From Candidatus Melainabacteria bacterium 17Bon1m (GTDB lineage Bacteria > Cyanobacteriota > Vampirovibrionia > Obscuribacterales > Obscuribacteraceae), in NCBI GenBank assembly GCA_032128875.1, contig JAVLKG010000003.1:952974-1016973 (forward strand): a stretch of DNA of 64,000 nucleotides, given 5' to 3'. A model generated the notes under the pieces. That model was not told the DNA's origin and ran no database searches. It saw nothing but the letters and a program-made list of their open reading frames with translations. Made by a program: the position numbers and the translations under genes. Shown here one piece after another: positions 29,251 through 39,596 of the stretch (position 1 is the stretch's first letter; each line of letters opens with the position of its first letter).

Positions 29251-29925
29251 CTACTCGTCGCACATGCGATAGCCGACGCCGTGGACGTTTTCAATCATTG
29301 AATCAGCCCCTGCGTCATCGATTTTCCTTCGAAGTTTTTTGATCAAAGTGCGCAGGCTCTCCGGAGAGCGTTCCGAATCAGACTGCCAGACGCGATCTAG
29401 AAGTGCTTCTGGCGAAAACACCTGTCCTTTGTGGCGTATGAGAAATTCCAGAAGCGCAAATTCCATGCGCGCCAAATGCAATTCCTCTTCTCCTTTGTAA
29501 ATTCGGAACGAGCCCGGGTCCATTTGCAAATCCCGGAATCTAAGAGTGTTGTCGAGTGTCGTGCGTGGTCTGCGCAACATCGCGCGCATGCGAGCGGACA
29601 GTTCTCTCAAATGGAAAGGCTTAGTCAAATAGTCGTCGGCGCCGCTGTCTAGTCCGTCTTCTTTGTCTTTCAAAGCATTGCGCCCTGTGAGAATCAAAAC
29701 AGGCGTCGGACCACCCATCGCGCGAAACTGCACAAGAACTTCCACACCGCTGATTCCCGGCAGTGAAATGTCGAGAATGATCAAATCGTAGCTGCTCGTC
29801 TTCAGCAGAGCGAGCGCGTCTTCGCCTGTTTCTGCTACTTCGACCAGGTGGTGTTCGAAAGACAGCCAGTCCCGTACCGTTGTGACGAGGGATGGATCAT
29901 CTTCGACTATCAGTATCTTGGCCAT
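29251..29925 (-). CDS. OmpR-family response regulator
   Basis: ILIVEDD, ILDISLP, GADDYLTKPF and winged helix ENVHGVGY; ATG at 29925. Confidence 0.93.
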   Translation of the reverse strand: MAKILIVEDDPSLVTTVRDWLSFEHHLVEVAETGEDALALLKTSSYDLIILDISLPGISGVEVLVQFRAMGGPTPVLILTGRNALKDKEDGLDSGADDYLTKPFHLRELSARMRAMLRRPRTTLDNTLRFRDLQMDPGSFRIYKGEEELHLARMEFALLEFLIRHKGQVFSPEALLDRVWQSDSERSPESLRTLIKKLRRKIDDAGADSMIENVHGVGYRMCDE

Positions 29926-29930
29926 TGGTG

Positions 29931-29942
29931 CAATTATAATTG
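29931..29942. promoter_or_regulatory. Palindromic bidirectional -10 element
   Basis: CAATTATAATTG gives TATAAT on both strands in the 39-bp gap between divergent genes. Confidence 0.6.
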
Positions 29943-29964
29943 AGTCGACTGTTGGACTCGGTGC

Positions 29965-31464
29965 ATGGCGCAACTCAATTTGAAAATCTCCCAACGGGGA
30001 TTTCTCCTCGTGTCGATACCATTGGTGTTCGAAATACTTTTCGTTTGGGTTCTCACATCGCTTAACTCTCAACTGGAAGCGGAAATGCGCAGGGAAGCGC
30101 ATGCCAAAGATGTTGTGCGGACAGTCTTTAAGCTGCAACGTGACCTTCTTGATTGCGCCACTGCTGCTGCTGCTTTCAGTCTCACCAACGATGTTTATTC
30201 AGACGAGAGATTTCCTCTGACACAGCGGTGGATCAAGCAAGATTTGGAACAGCTTGATAGTTTGATTGGAAACAACCCTGAGCAGACGCGTAAATTGAAA
30301 TACGCGCATGCTGTCGCTGAGCGCGGATTGAAGCTCTTTGATGATTTGAAAAGTCGAAGGGCTGAGTCCGCCACTCTTGATGGTTTGATTGGAACCGGAA
30401 CGACATATGGGCGCGTTCGCAGTCTCGTTGGTCAGATGGGTGGTGCTACGCGAGACATAATTGAAGAAGAGGAGCGAATTCTTGCACAAAGCCCTGTCAT
30501 GCAGTCTCAGCACAGAGAGATGTTGCAAAATGCATTGATTGTTGGCGTTGGTCTCAACGTCGTAGTGGCCGTGATGCTGGCGATGTTCTTCAGTAAAGGA
30601 ATAACAAAGCGCCTGGAGATCATGTCGCAGAACAGTCGCAGAGTGGCGAAGGGTGAGTCTCTTCATCCTCCAGTTGAAGGTTCTGATGAAATTGCACAAT
30701 TGGACCAGACCTTTCATCGTATGGTTGACGATTTGAATCAAGCAGAGTTGAAAAAGCAACAGCTTTTGCAAACTGTTTCTCATGACTTGCGATCACCGCT
30801 TAGCTCCGTACGAGGCATTCTGACACTCCTTTCTGCCGGCGCGATGGGACCACTTCCTGAGAAAGCGCTGGATAAAGTCAAGCTTGCCGAGTCTGATGTT
30901 GAACGTTTGATCAAATTGATTACCGACCTGCTTGATCTAGAAAAAATAGCCGAAGGTAAGACCCAATTGGAAGTTTCACCAGTGCAGGTAAAACGGCTGG
31001 TGGAGCGCGCCGCTAATTCTCTTGTATCGCTTGCGGAAGAAAAAGGTATCAACATTAGCCGCACCATCGACCCTGTTCAGGTTTTAGGTGATGAAGATCG
31101 ATTGGTGCAAGTGCTTGTCAATTTGCTGTCAAACGCAATTAAATTCTCCCCTGATGGAGGCGAAATCGAGGTCGAAGCTGCGATGGTGGAAACAGTTGCA
31201 AGCCCAGCGGATTCGCCGCCTAAGCAGATGATTGAAATCACCGTCGCCGATCATGGCAGAGGCGTACCTGACGAATTGAAAGAGAAGATCTTTGAGCGAT
31301 TTGAGCAGGTGAAGAAAACTGACGCCACCGAAAGTGGTGGCTCTGGGTTGGGGCTGGCAATTTGCAAATCTATAGTTGAACTTCATGGTGGTTCTATAGG
31401 TGTGCGCCAGAACCATGGTGGGGGCAGCATCTTCTGGTTTCGTATCCCTCAGTGCCTCTCGTAA
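29965..31464 (+). CDS. HAMP sensor histidine kinase
   Basis: Two TM helices, HAMP (DEIAQL), SHDLRSPL, NLLSNAIKFS and GSGLGLAI. Confidence 0.93.
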   Translation: MAQLNLKISQRGFLLVSIPLVFEILFVWVLTSLNSQLEAEMRREAHAKDVVRTVFKLQRDLLDCATAAAAFSLTNDVYSDERFPLTQRWIKQDLEQLDSLIGNNPEQTRKLKYAHAVAERGLKLFDDLKSRRAESATLDGLIGTGTTYGRVRSLVGQMGGATRDIIEEEERILAQSPVMQSQHREMLQNALIVGVGLNVVVAVMLAMFFSKGITKRLEIMSQNSRRVAKGESLHPPVEGSDEIAQLDQTFHRMVDDLNQAELKKQQLLQTVSHDLRSPLSSVRGILTLLSAGAMGPLPEKALDKVKLAESDVERLIKLITDLLDLEKIAEGKTQLEVSPVQVKRLVERAANSLVSLAEEKGINISRTIDPVQVLGDEDRLVQVLVNLLSNAIKFSPDGGEIEVEAAMVETVASPADSPPKQMIEITVADHGRGVPDELKEKIFERFEQVKKTDATESGGSGLGLAICKSIVELHGGSIGVRQNHGGGSIFWFRIPQCLS

Positions 31465-31531
31465 GGGAGACACATGTTCCTGCCTGCCCGGGAGCCGCAT
31501 GCGGCTCCCCTGCATTTGCGTAGAGTTCACT

Positions 31532-31567
31532 AAAAGGTCACAAACGAGATACCAAAAGGTCACAAAC
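31532..31567. promoter_or_regulatory. 14-bp direct repeat, putative transcription-factor site
   Basis: AAAAGGTCACAAAC at 31532 and 31554 (22-bp period). Confidence 0.5.
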
Positions 31568-32241
31568 ATTCCTTAATCTGGTTTCATCGGTCGTGAGAAA
31601 CCGTGGGATCGGGAAGAGTCGGGGCGGTAGAGATACCGCCCGAAACTCTTCAAAAGATGCGCCAGCATCGTTTTTTCTTACTATCGAAAAAGCAGCGAGC
31701 CGGAAGACCGAGATATCGAATAATTTCGTGTTCTTCGTCAACTTCCAACTTTCGACCACCGAACTTGTTGCTTTACCCGCCCGACCTTGCAAGACCACCA
31801 GGCGCCTCTTTTGCTCGTCTGGAGTTTTTCCCTTAAGCCTTGCGCGGCTAGAAACACTTGCAGGTCGCGCCCAGCGCGACGACAGTGGACAAAGACTGCC
31901 ACCGACAATCTGTTCGAAACAGCGAAGCCTTAGACTTCGCCGCAGCACTTTGCTGTCACCACCGGGTGATAGCGCGGTGTTTTCGTTAATCGCGCCATTT
32001 TAAAAACAGAGCAGGGCCTGGCGGTTTAATCCGCGTGCTTTGCTTTTTTATTTGCAGCCTGCCAAAAGGAAGGCAGTCGTTTGCCGGCACACCCCACCGG
32101 TCAGCGTTTGTGTCGACCTTTGACCACTGCTGCAAGGCGACGGCATATTGACTTTTACAATTGAGTGATACTGCAGGTGATGGCGTTGTCTATCGCTGAC
32201 AGTAGCATCGTTCGCCCTGCCCCACCAAGGAAGGTTAGTTT

Positions 32242-35200
32242 ATGGCACCTCCGAATTCTGAAATCGCCCAAAAGCCTTACGCTGTCGAGGCATATGCACC
32301 GCCTGCGGTGCCATTCCAGTTGCCGTCGATTGAGGTGTCTGCACCAGCAGAGACCCCCGCTGTCCCAGGCAGAGCTCTTCCCGGCGGGTTGGAAGGTGTC
32401 CGCTCCGACACCTTTCGTGCTCCCGGACTTGTCAATCCAAATGACAGAGCACAACTGAAGCGCGATGAAATAATTCAGTTTGTCGACTTCGACGGACAGA
32501 AATTGCCGGAGGTTCGCGTTGCGGGAAAAAACGGCGAGTACCTCGGGCGCGACAAAGAGCGCGGCGATAGAATTACCGAGATTAACTTCGCCGGCAATAA
32601 GAAGTCGGCACTCGTCTGTTATGCAAACGACGCTGCCACTTCACCCAACCGAATCGACATAACCGAGAGAGCATCAGACGGGATGATGAGCCGCACTAGC
32701 TATAGGCAAGAAGATAGCGGCAAGTGGGGACTGTATGTCAACGATCGCCGACTTACTCAGTTGCCGGGTGATGTAAAACTGGCTCAGGACGGCACGATCT
32801 CGCATGAGACGGGCGACGGATATTGGCACACAGAGCGCCTCGATGGATCTGTTGTAACAGAGAAACAGTTGGCAGGCGGTGCGCGTGTAGCAGTCGGTAA
32901 TGATGGCTCTGTTTCGCAAGTAAGCAGACCTGACGGTTCGCGTGTGGAAGTGCAGAAGATAGCGGGGCAGCCGTATTCTGTGACTGAAATCGACGCGAAT
33001 GGGCAAAGCGTCAACTGGACGAACAGTGATGGTTCTTGGACAAGCGCGCAAAAACCGGGCGAAGTCCGAAAGAACATCAAGCTCTATAACAACGGCTTAT
33101 TGTCTTTCGAATCAGGTGACAGCAGAACACATGTTCTCGGCAACGGCAACGAACTGAAAGAATCTACATCGGCTGAGAGTATCAAGTTCGATGAACAGGG
33201 ACGTCTCAAGGCAATTTCCTACCCTAACGGCGACACGCGCAATGTGGTTTTCGAAGAGGGCACCGACCGTATTAAGTCTATGACCTACACGACTAAAGCC
33301 ACAGGGCAGATCAGCGAGTACACTCGCGTCGGCTCTGAAGAAAAGTTCGAGTTCAAGGGAACGGACGCCAAAGGCAAGGTCAAAACTGGCAAGTGGAACG
33401 GCTCGATTGACTGCAGCCCCGACGGAACATTCACAATTAAGGACGGCGAAGGCAACGGAAGAAAAGTCGACGGCTTCGTCACCAAAACACCGACCGACGG
33501 AAAGACATATCTCGAAAAGAAAAACGCCGACGGCTCGACTTTGATTTGCAATAAGGACAAAGAACTGCAGGCGCTTTTGCGCCCGGATGGTTCTAACGTA
33601 GAAGTGCAAAGAGAAGGCTCGCAGATAACGAAAGTGAGCGAGACTAGACCGGACGGACGCACGGTCAATTTCAGTTATGACGCTGGAACTAAAGCCTGGT
33701 CGAGCGACAATTCTCACATTCCAATCTCGAAGAACCAGCCTGTCGATGCTGATGGCAACTTGAAGTTCAAGACTGTCGACGGTTCGGTGCATTCGGTTGC
33801 TACTGATGGCAAAGAACGTGTGGTCACCAAGGACGGTGCCACGCTGGAAAACAATTCGAAAGGCGAGCTTGAAAGAATTACACAACGCAATGGTGAATAC
33901 CGAGTCGTTAACCGGGACGGTGACACGGTCAATGGCTTCTCTGATTATGACAAAACCGGTGCTCTAAAACGAGAGCTGAAAGGTGTTTCAAACCTGACCC
34001 TCGACAAGGACGGCAACTTCAAATACACCGATGCCAATGGCTCCACGATTGAAGAGCGGTCAAATTTTTCACGAGTGGAGAATGATGCCAGCGGGCGCAT
34101 TGCGAAAGTAACCCGCCCTGACGGCTCTCACCGCGATTTCACCTACGACGCGACAACCGGAGAATTGGCAAAGATTTCCGACGTCACGAAGTCGGAAAAA
34201 GGGGAGCGCACTGATGACTGGACAAGAAAACGCAACGCTGCACCACCGCAAGGAGACGGAAAGTATAGTGACACTTTCGAGCGACTCCGCCCGCAAGATG
34301 GAAAGTCCGTAGAGTCGCGTACCAATGTTCAACTGGATCCATCCGGCGACTACACGTTCAAAGATCAAAAAGGGCGCGAGCGTGAATCGAGAGTATCAGA
34401 GCGTTTTCGCCGCAGTGGTGACGGTTTTACTTCTGCCACGATCGAAGAAGCTCACTACAATTTTCTCGACGAAATGCGCATGAACGTCAAGGATGAGTCG
34501 AAGTTGGAGCGACTCGAGTTAATGATGAATGGATTCGAGCAACGCTTCAACGACTCGGTTGAGCTGCGTGTTGCCGCCGGACAATCGGAGGATGCTGCTC
34601 GTGAAAAAATGGAGCAAAAGGTCGCCGCAACCTATGACCATTTAACTCGGATGGTGCAGGCTGACGATGCCGCCATCGACAGCAAAGAAAATCGCGTGAT
34701 GCTGGCTGAAACATTCATGTATCACGCATGGGAGCCGGAGACTGTTAACCAGCAAGGGTGGGGCTCGTGCTGGCTGCAGTCCGGATACATCCCCTGTGGT
34801 CTCGGCAAGAATACAGACGATATGGCGAAAGTACTTGCCGACGTCAGTCTGACCGGCCGATACACAGACAAAAAGGGCAACAGCTACGACTTCAAACGTG
34901 ACCACCTAGGCATTCACTCTCGAGCCGACGGTGCCGGCTGGAGCATTCAGAATGCCACCCAAGACAATTCACAGCCCAGCCCAGTTGCACACCGTTTGGA
35001 CAGAACGCTTTCCGTCATGGACCGTGGTGCCGGCTATGGGGGCGCCGGCAACTCGCAGCGTATCCGTACAGGTGGCGGCGGACAGCGGGAGATCATGCGC
35101 CGGGTGACGGGCGACGAATTGCTCTACACCAACTATCCGCACAGCCGCAAAGAAAGACTGGCAATGCTCGAGGCTGGCGGTGCTCAGCGCAGTGGCGGGC

Positions 35201-35502
35201 CCGGGCACGTGGCGACACTGGCAATGCGCAAAATTGGGGAAAACTGGGCGATTGTTCGGGGCGATCAGTACGACGGTCGGGACCGCGTCATCTCAGTCAT
35301 TCGTGACCTTAAGCAGTGGCTGAACACCGGCGAAAGCGCGCGCATTGAGCGCTCCTTCGCCCCAGCCTGGAATAAGGAATTCAAAATTGCCGACAATGTC
35401 AGGCCGAGTGACTTCAAGCCTGGACCGAATCGTTTCAACGACGACGATGATAACGATCGCCCAGTTCGTCCGTTCCGCCGGTTCTTCCGGCGCCGCGGTT
35501 AG
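32242..35502 (+). CDS. Large beta-repeat protein with putative C-terminal papain-like protease domain
   Basis: Repeated (T)RPDGS / YD-like turns; C-terminal QQGWGSCW...GHVAT. Confidence 0.65.
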   Translation: MAPPNSEIAQKPYAVEAYAPPAVPFQLPSIEVSAPAETPAVPGRALPGGLEGVRSDTFRAPGLVNPNDRAQLKRDEIIQFVDFDGQKLPEVRVAGKNGEYLGRDKERGDRITEINFAGNKKSALVCYANDAATSPNRIDITERASDGMMSRTSYRQEDSGKWGLYVNDRRLTQLPGDVKLAQDGTISHETGDGYWHTERLDGSVVTEKQLAGGARVAVGNDGSVSQVSRPDGSRVEVQKIAGQPYSVTEIDANGQSVNWTNSDGSWTSAQKPGEVRKNIKLYNNGLLSFESGDSRTHVLGNGNELKESTSAESIKFDEQGRLKAISYPNGDTRNVVFEEGTDRIKSMTYTTKATGQISEYTRVGSEEKFEFKGTDAKGKVKTGKWNGSIDCSPDGTFTIKDGEGNGRKVDGFVTKTPTDGKTYLEKKNADGSTLICNKDKELQALLRPDGSNVEVQREGSQITKVSETRPDGRTVNFSYDAGTKAWSSDNSHIPISKNQPVDADGNLKFKTVDGSVHSVATDGKERVVTKDGATLENNSKGELERITQRNGEYRVVNRDGDTVNGFSDYDKTGALKRELKGVSNLTLDKDGNFKYTDANGSTIEERSNFSRVENDASGRIAKVTRPDGSHRDFTYDATTGELAKISDVTKSEKGERTDDWTRKRNAAPPQGDGKYSDTFERLRPQDGKSVESRTNVQLDPSGDYTFKDQKGRERESRVSERFRRSGDGFTSATIEEAHYNFLDEMRMNVKDESKLERLELMMNGFEQRFNDSVELRVAAGQSEDAAREKMEQKVAATYDHLTRMVQADDAAIDSKENRVMLAETFMYHAWEPETVNQQGWGSCWLQSGYIPCGLGKNTDDMAKVLADVSLTGRYTDKKGNSYDFKRDHLGIHSRADGAGWSIQNATQDNSQPSPVAHRLDRTLSVMDRGAGYGGAGNSQRIRTGGGGQREIMRRVTGDELLYTNYPHSRKERLAMLEAGGAQRSGGPGHVATLAMRKIGENWAIVRGDQYDGRDRVISVIRDLKQWLNTGESARIERSFAPAWNKEFKIADNVRPSDFKPGPNRFNDDDDNDRPVRPFRRFFRRRG

Positions 35503-35696
35503 CCGGTGGCAGCACACGGGGCAGGATTGCCTGCCCCTAAAATCACAAACGTCAAGCAGGCTAATGTGATTGCACGTTCACGCCAAATTCATGTTGTCAG
35601 TATTAATCTTTAGGTCCACCTCCTGCAACAAATCTGAAACTCTTGTTGATTACCTTTGAATCAACTCCCCCTCCTGCACCAAAAGTTTCTAAAGCC

Positions 35697-36911
35697 ATGC
35701 AATTACTAAATTCTGCTGCTTTTTCCTCTTCTTTCACCTCTGATTCGGGCGTTCCTGAAACCTGGCTGGACAGAGTCTGTCTGCCGGCAGTAGAGACGCG
35801 AACGCAAGAAATTCTCAGCCAGGCGCTCGCCGCGAGACTTGACCAGGTGTTGGAACTCTACGACGACTTCATAGCTGCATACGACCGCTACCGCTCGAAT
35901 CGCGGACCGCGCCCTGATGCTGGTTTGTTGGCAGTCCTGCGTTTTCTCGATGATCTCCGTCCTGCCGATATAGATGTATTGATTCAAGCGCTTCGTCGGC
36001 TCGAAACCTCCAATCCATCGCCTGACGCGACCAAATGTCTCGAACGTATGGGTGCTCTGTTGAATCGTCTGGAAGCGGACAGACGGCTCAAGGTTGTAGC
36101 CTTGCTTGGCGAGCTGAAACGACTCGAGTCTCACGAGAGCAGCGAATACAAGGAATGCTTTATTCGGATAAGAAAGGACGAAATCGCACGCTTATCTATG
36201 ATCATCAGCAGCGAACTCCAAATCTTGGACGATTCCCTCGCTGGCGGTCGCATCGCCAAGCTCAATATCGTCAAACTCTTGCCTCTCTTTATTCGTTATC
36301 GCCTGGCTATGGACACGCAAGATCTCGACAAAGCCACCACGCTGGTTTCCGAGATGAGTCAGTTCAGCCAAATGCACCTCACATTGTTCGGCTTGCACCT
36401 GACGGCGCAAGAAATGGAGTCCTTCGGTAAGCGTATTACTCAACTGCGCAAGCGCAATTTGCAGATGTTCCAAATGAAAGGTTGGACAGAAGCTGCTCGA
36501 CAAGCCAGTCGCCTCGAGCAGGAAATCGCGGAGTGCTTTTTAACCCTCACGGGTGAAGATCGTTTGGAAGCGCAAAAAGCGCTGTGCAGATTTGAAAACG
36601 CTGAATCGACCGTAGATGAAATGGTGGCGCTGTCCGATTTGCACAAGTACAGTCCGGAAATCGCCGGCAAAGCTAAAGAATGGCGCTCGCTAACTGACGA
36701 TGTGTGCAACTGCAGAAAGATCGGACAACAACTGGAGCGCGTTCAAAACGGCATCGCTGTTTTCGGACCCGGATTTGCGCCGCCGCAACTTGGTGTTGTG
36801 GATGAAGAGTTTGTGCAAAGCAAAGAAAGCCAAGAAATTACGAGCGAGATGCAGGCGTTCACCAAATTTGAAACGCTGGTTAATTGCATGAATGCGGTAA
36901 TGAATTTCTAG
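35697..36911 (+). CDS. Hypothetical alpha-helical protein
   Basis: Long ORF with no recognised motif. Confidence 0.65.
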   Translation: MQLLNSAAFSSSFTSDSGVPETWLDRVCLPAVETRTQEILSQALAARLDQVLELYDDFIAAYDRYRSNRGPRPDAGLLAVLRFLDDLRPADIDVLIQALRRLETSNPSPDATKCLERMGALLNRLEADRRLKVVALLGELKRLESHESSEYKECFIRIRKDEIARLSMIISSELQILDDSLAGGRIAKLNIVKLLPLFIRYRLAMDTQDLDKATTLVSEMSQFSQMHLTLFGLHLTAQEMESFGKRITQLRKRNLQMFQMKGWTEAARQASRLEQEIAECFLTLTGEDRLEAQKALCRFENAESTVDEMVALSDLHKYSPEIAGKAKEWRSLTDDVCNCRKIGQQLERVQNGIAVFGPGFAPPQLGVVDEEFVQSKESQEITSEMQAFTKFETLVNCMNAVMNF

Positions 36912-36925
36912 TCGCTAGTTAAAAA

Positions 36926-37342
36926 CTAGTGAATCGATATTTCAGCAGTGACTCGGCTGCTGCTTGGCACTGCCCGAGCTTCATCCAGGTGTGTCATTGA
37001 GCCGGCTACAATCTTCCAGCCGTCTTCTTTTCTGACCCAGATCCGCATGAAATTCATCGCCAGTCTTCCGTCCGGTCCTTCATAGTTGCCATATCCGGTA
37101 ACTATCGCCGTGTCGCCCTGCTCTAATATTTTCATGTCCGTGACTTCGACCCGGTCGAATTTTTGAGCCTTGTTAGGCTGATGCTTGTCTACGATGAATG
37201 CTTTGGGTGAGCAAATGTCGCCGTCAACCATAAGCACCATTTGGTCGTCTAAATAAGTTTGAAAGAAATTTGGGTTTGGTTTCAAGTCCGCCTGCCGCAG
37301 CAGCTCTTCGAGCTCTGCGATTTCCCTTTCAACACTAGACAT
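36926..37342 (-). CDS. NTF2-like (DUF4440) protein
   Basis: GDTAIVTG...FMRIWVRKEDGWKIVA. Confidence 0.8.
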   Translation of the reverse strand: MSSVEREIAELEELLRQADLKPNPNFFQTYLDDQMVLMVDGDICSPKAFIVDKHQPNKAQKFDRVEVTDMKILEQGDTAIVTGYGNYEGPDGRLAMNFMRIWVRKEDGWKIVAGSMTHLDEARAVPSSSRVTAEISIH

Positions 37343-37503
37343 AAGGTCTTTCCACCCAGCAACGTCAATATTAAATTAGCCGCAGTCGAAGACGCCGGTG
37401 CGGCGCCTCTACTTCTATTCTTGGCCACAACGTTCATACTGCATATCCCCCCAAATCGGTATAATAAGCCCTTGTTTTGGGCGTTCCAGGCAGGTTTGTA
37501 TAT

Positions 37504-38946
37504 ATGAAAGATGGTTCCGGTGACAGAACAAGAGTCGTTCTTCTAGCGGCTGGGCAGGGCAAGCGCATGAAGTCGGACTTGCCAAAGGTTTTGCATGAAG
37601 TGCTTGGCAAAACGATTTTGGGCCGGTTGATGGCTGCCAGTGATGAGCTGAAGCCAGAACATATCCACATTGTCATCGGGCATGAGGCAGAGCAGGTCGA
37701 GAAATTCATTCAAGACAATCCATCTGCGACTCCAGTTTCCACTCATTTGCAGAAGCCTCAGCTCGGCACTGGCCATGCGCTCATGCAGGTGGCACCAAGC
37801 TTGAAAGACTTTACCGGCACATTGGTCGTCTCGGTTGCCGACACGCCATTGCTGACAGGCGCAACATTGAAGGCTCTGGTTGATGCACATCGCGAGAGCA
37901 AGGCTGTTGTGTCTCTTCTCACCACTGATGTTGAGGATGCGAAAAACTACGGTCGAATTACGCGCAACGAGACGGGCGAAGTGACCGGCATTGTCGAGCA
38001 CAAAGACGCAACCGAAGCACAACGCGCAATCAAAGAAATCAATCCAGCAATCTACTGCTTTGCGTGGCCGCAAGTCGAAGCTGCGCTGTCGACGTTGAAA
38101 AACGACAACCAGCAGAAAGAGTATTACCTCACCGATGTGATCGGTTGGGCGCACAAAAATTCTCACAAAATTGCATCGGCGAAAGTGCCTGACTGGCGCG
38201 AAGTCGCTGGTATCAACTCTAGATTGGAACTTGCCGAAGCGATTCGATTGATGCGCGACATCACAATCAATAACCTGGCGCTAGAGTCGGGTGTCACTAT
38301 TGTTGATACGCAAGGAACGTGGATCGCCCCCGAAGTCAAAATCGGCAAGGACACCGTTGTTTTGCCGGGCTGCTATTTGACCGGAGAAATCGAAATCGGT
38401 CAAAAATGCACCATCGGACCGAACACTGTGATGAAGGGCGTTGTGCATGTCGGCGACGGTTCAACTGTTGCCCAGTCGCTCGTGCAAAACTCAGATATCG
38501 GCGCGAACTGCAGGGTTGGACCGTTCTCTCAATTGAGAGAGCATGCTGTATTGCACGATCAGGTCAAGATTGGAAACTTTGTTGAGATCAAAAAGAGCAT
38601 CATCAACAACAAGACTAGTGTTGGGCATTTGAGCTATATCGGTGATTCTACGCTGGGTTCGGCCGTAAACATCGGTGCAGGAACAATCACTGCCAACTAC
38701 GACCATATCACCAAGAAAAAAGAGCTTACCACCATATGTGATGGCGCCTCAACTGGCAGCAATTCTGTTCTCGTCGCTCCGGTGACACTTGAAGAAGGCG
38801 CTGTCGTTGCTGCTGGAACAGTAGTAACCAAGACCGTTCCCAAAGGAGCGCTGGCTATTACCCGTACTCCTCAAAAGAACCATGAGGGCTGGGCCGAAGA
38901 ACGCAAGAGAAAAGCTGAAGCTGCAAAACTCGAAGCAGCGAAGTAA
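37504..38946 (+). CDS. glmU: Bifunctional UDP-GlcNAc pyrophosphorylase / acetyltransferase
   Basis: LAAGQGKRMKSDLPKVLH, QLGTGHA, EYYLTD, hexapeptide repeats and GNFVEIK. Confidence 0.97.
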   Translation: MKDGSGDRTRVVLLAAGQGKRMKSDLPKVLHEVLGKTILGRLMAASDELKPEHIHIVIGHEAEQVEKFIQDNPSATPVSTHLQKPQLGTGHALMQVAPSLKDFTGTLVVSVADTPLLTGATLKALVDAHRESKAVVSLLTTDVEDAKNYGRITRNETGEVTGIVEHKDATEAQRAIKEINPAIYCFAWPQVEAALSTLKNDNQQKEYYLTDVIGWAHKNSHKIASAKVPDWREVAGINSRLELAEAIRLMRDITINNLALESGVTIVDTQGTWIAPEVKIGKDTVVLPGCYLTGEIEIGQKCTIGPNTVMKGVVHVGDGSTVAQSLVQNSDIGANCRVGPFSQLREHAVLHDQVKIGNFVEIKKSIINNKTSVGHLSYIGDSTLGSAVNIGAGTITANYDHITKKKELTTICDGASTGSNSVLVAPVTLEEGAVVAAGTVVTKTVPKGALAITRTPQKNHEGWAEERKRKAEAAKLEAAK

Positions 38947-39083
38947 CGATCGAAGTTTCGCACTGCTTTTGCGTAGTTTGATTCGTGTTTGCGTTGAGCG
39001 CTTTGGATTAGTGCCTCGCGGGCACCTTAACATAATGCCCCGCCGGCATCTTGACGTAGTGCCCGAGTGGCGCAAGCAGGCAT

Positions 39084-39416
39084 TCAGTTAAGGAAACCCG
39101 CCATCAGAATGAAGAATGGTGCGATATATGAGCAAACGTAGAGAATAGGAATGAAAAAGTTCGGCTTGCACCGAATCGGTTCAGGATAACGCATCCCGCA
39201 CGGCATAAGCTTTTCGGTTGGTGCTGAATTTTGATCGAGGCAGACAACTTCGGAGCCGTTCGTAATGTAATTGAGTTTCTCTTGCGGAATGTTGGTTGGA
39301 ACAATACGCAGTCGCTCAAACTTAGAGCCAGAACTAACTCGAAGCGTGGTTATCGGATTGAATTGAATAGCTTCCTTTTGAACGCTGACCGTTTCCACTC
39401 TGAAGCCTCCGTTCAC
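39084..39416 (-). CDS. Hypothetical protein with C-terminal TM
   Basis: 110-aa ORF with a hydrophobic C-terminus. Confidence 0.5.
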   Translation of the reverse strand: MNGGFRVETVSVQKEAIQFNPITTLRVSSGSKFERLRIVPTNIPQEKLNYITNGSEVVCLDQNSAPTEKLMPCGMRYPEPIRCKPNFFIPILYVCSYIAPFFILMAGFLN

Positions 39417-39596
39417 CCATCAAATCACATTTTGTTATTTGGCGAACCGGCGCCGGCGACCTAAAATCAAGGATTAGCACGGCGCAGGGTTTTCAATAGT
39501 GCAATGGGTGCGGGTTTGCGGGTATCCTTCTATTCAGAGACTTTGAGTCCTGTACCCATAAATTGGGCATATTGGACCAATGTGTGAGGGCTGAAT

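Noticed and set aside
29926-30138. N-terminal extension of the OmpR regulator
   Set aside because: It overlaps the divergent kinase; the receiver domain starts at ATG 29925.
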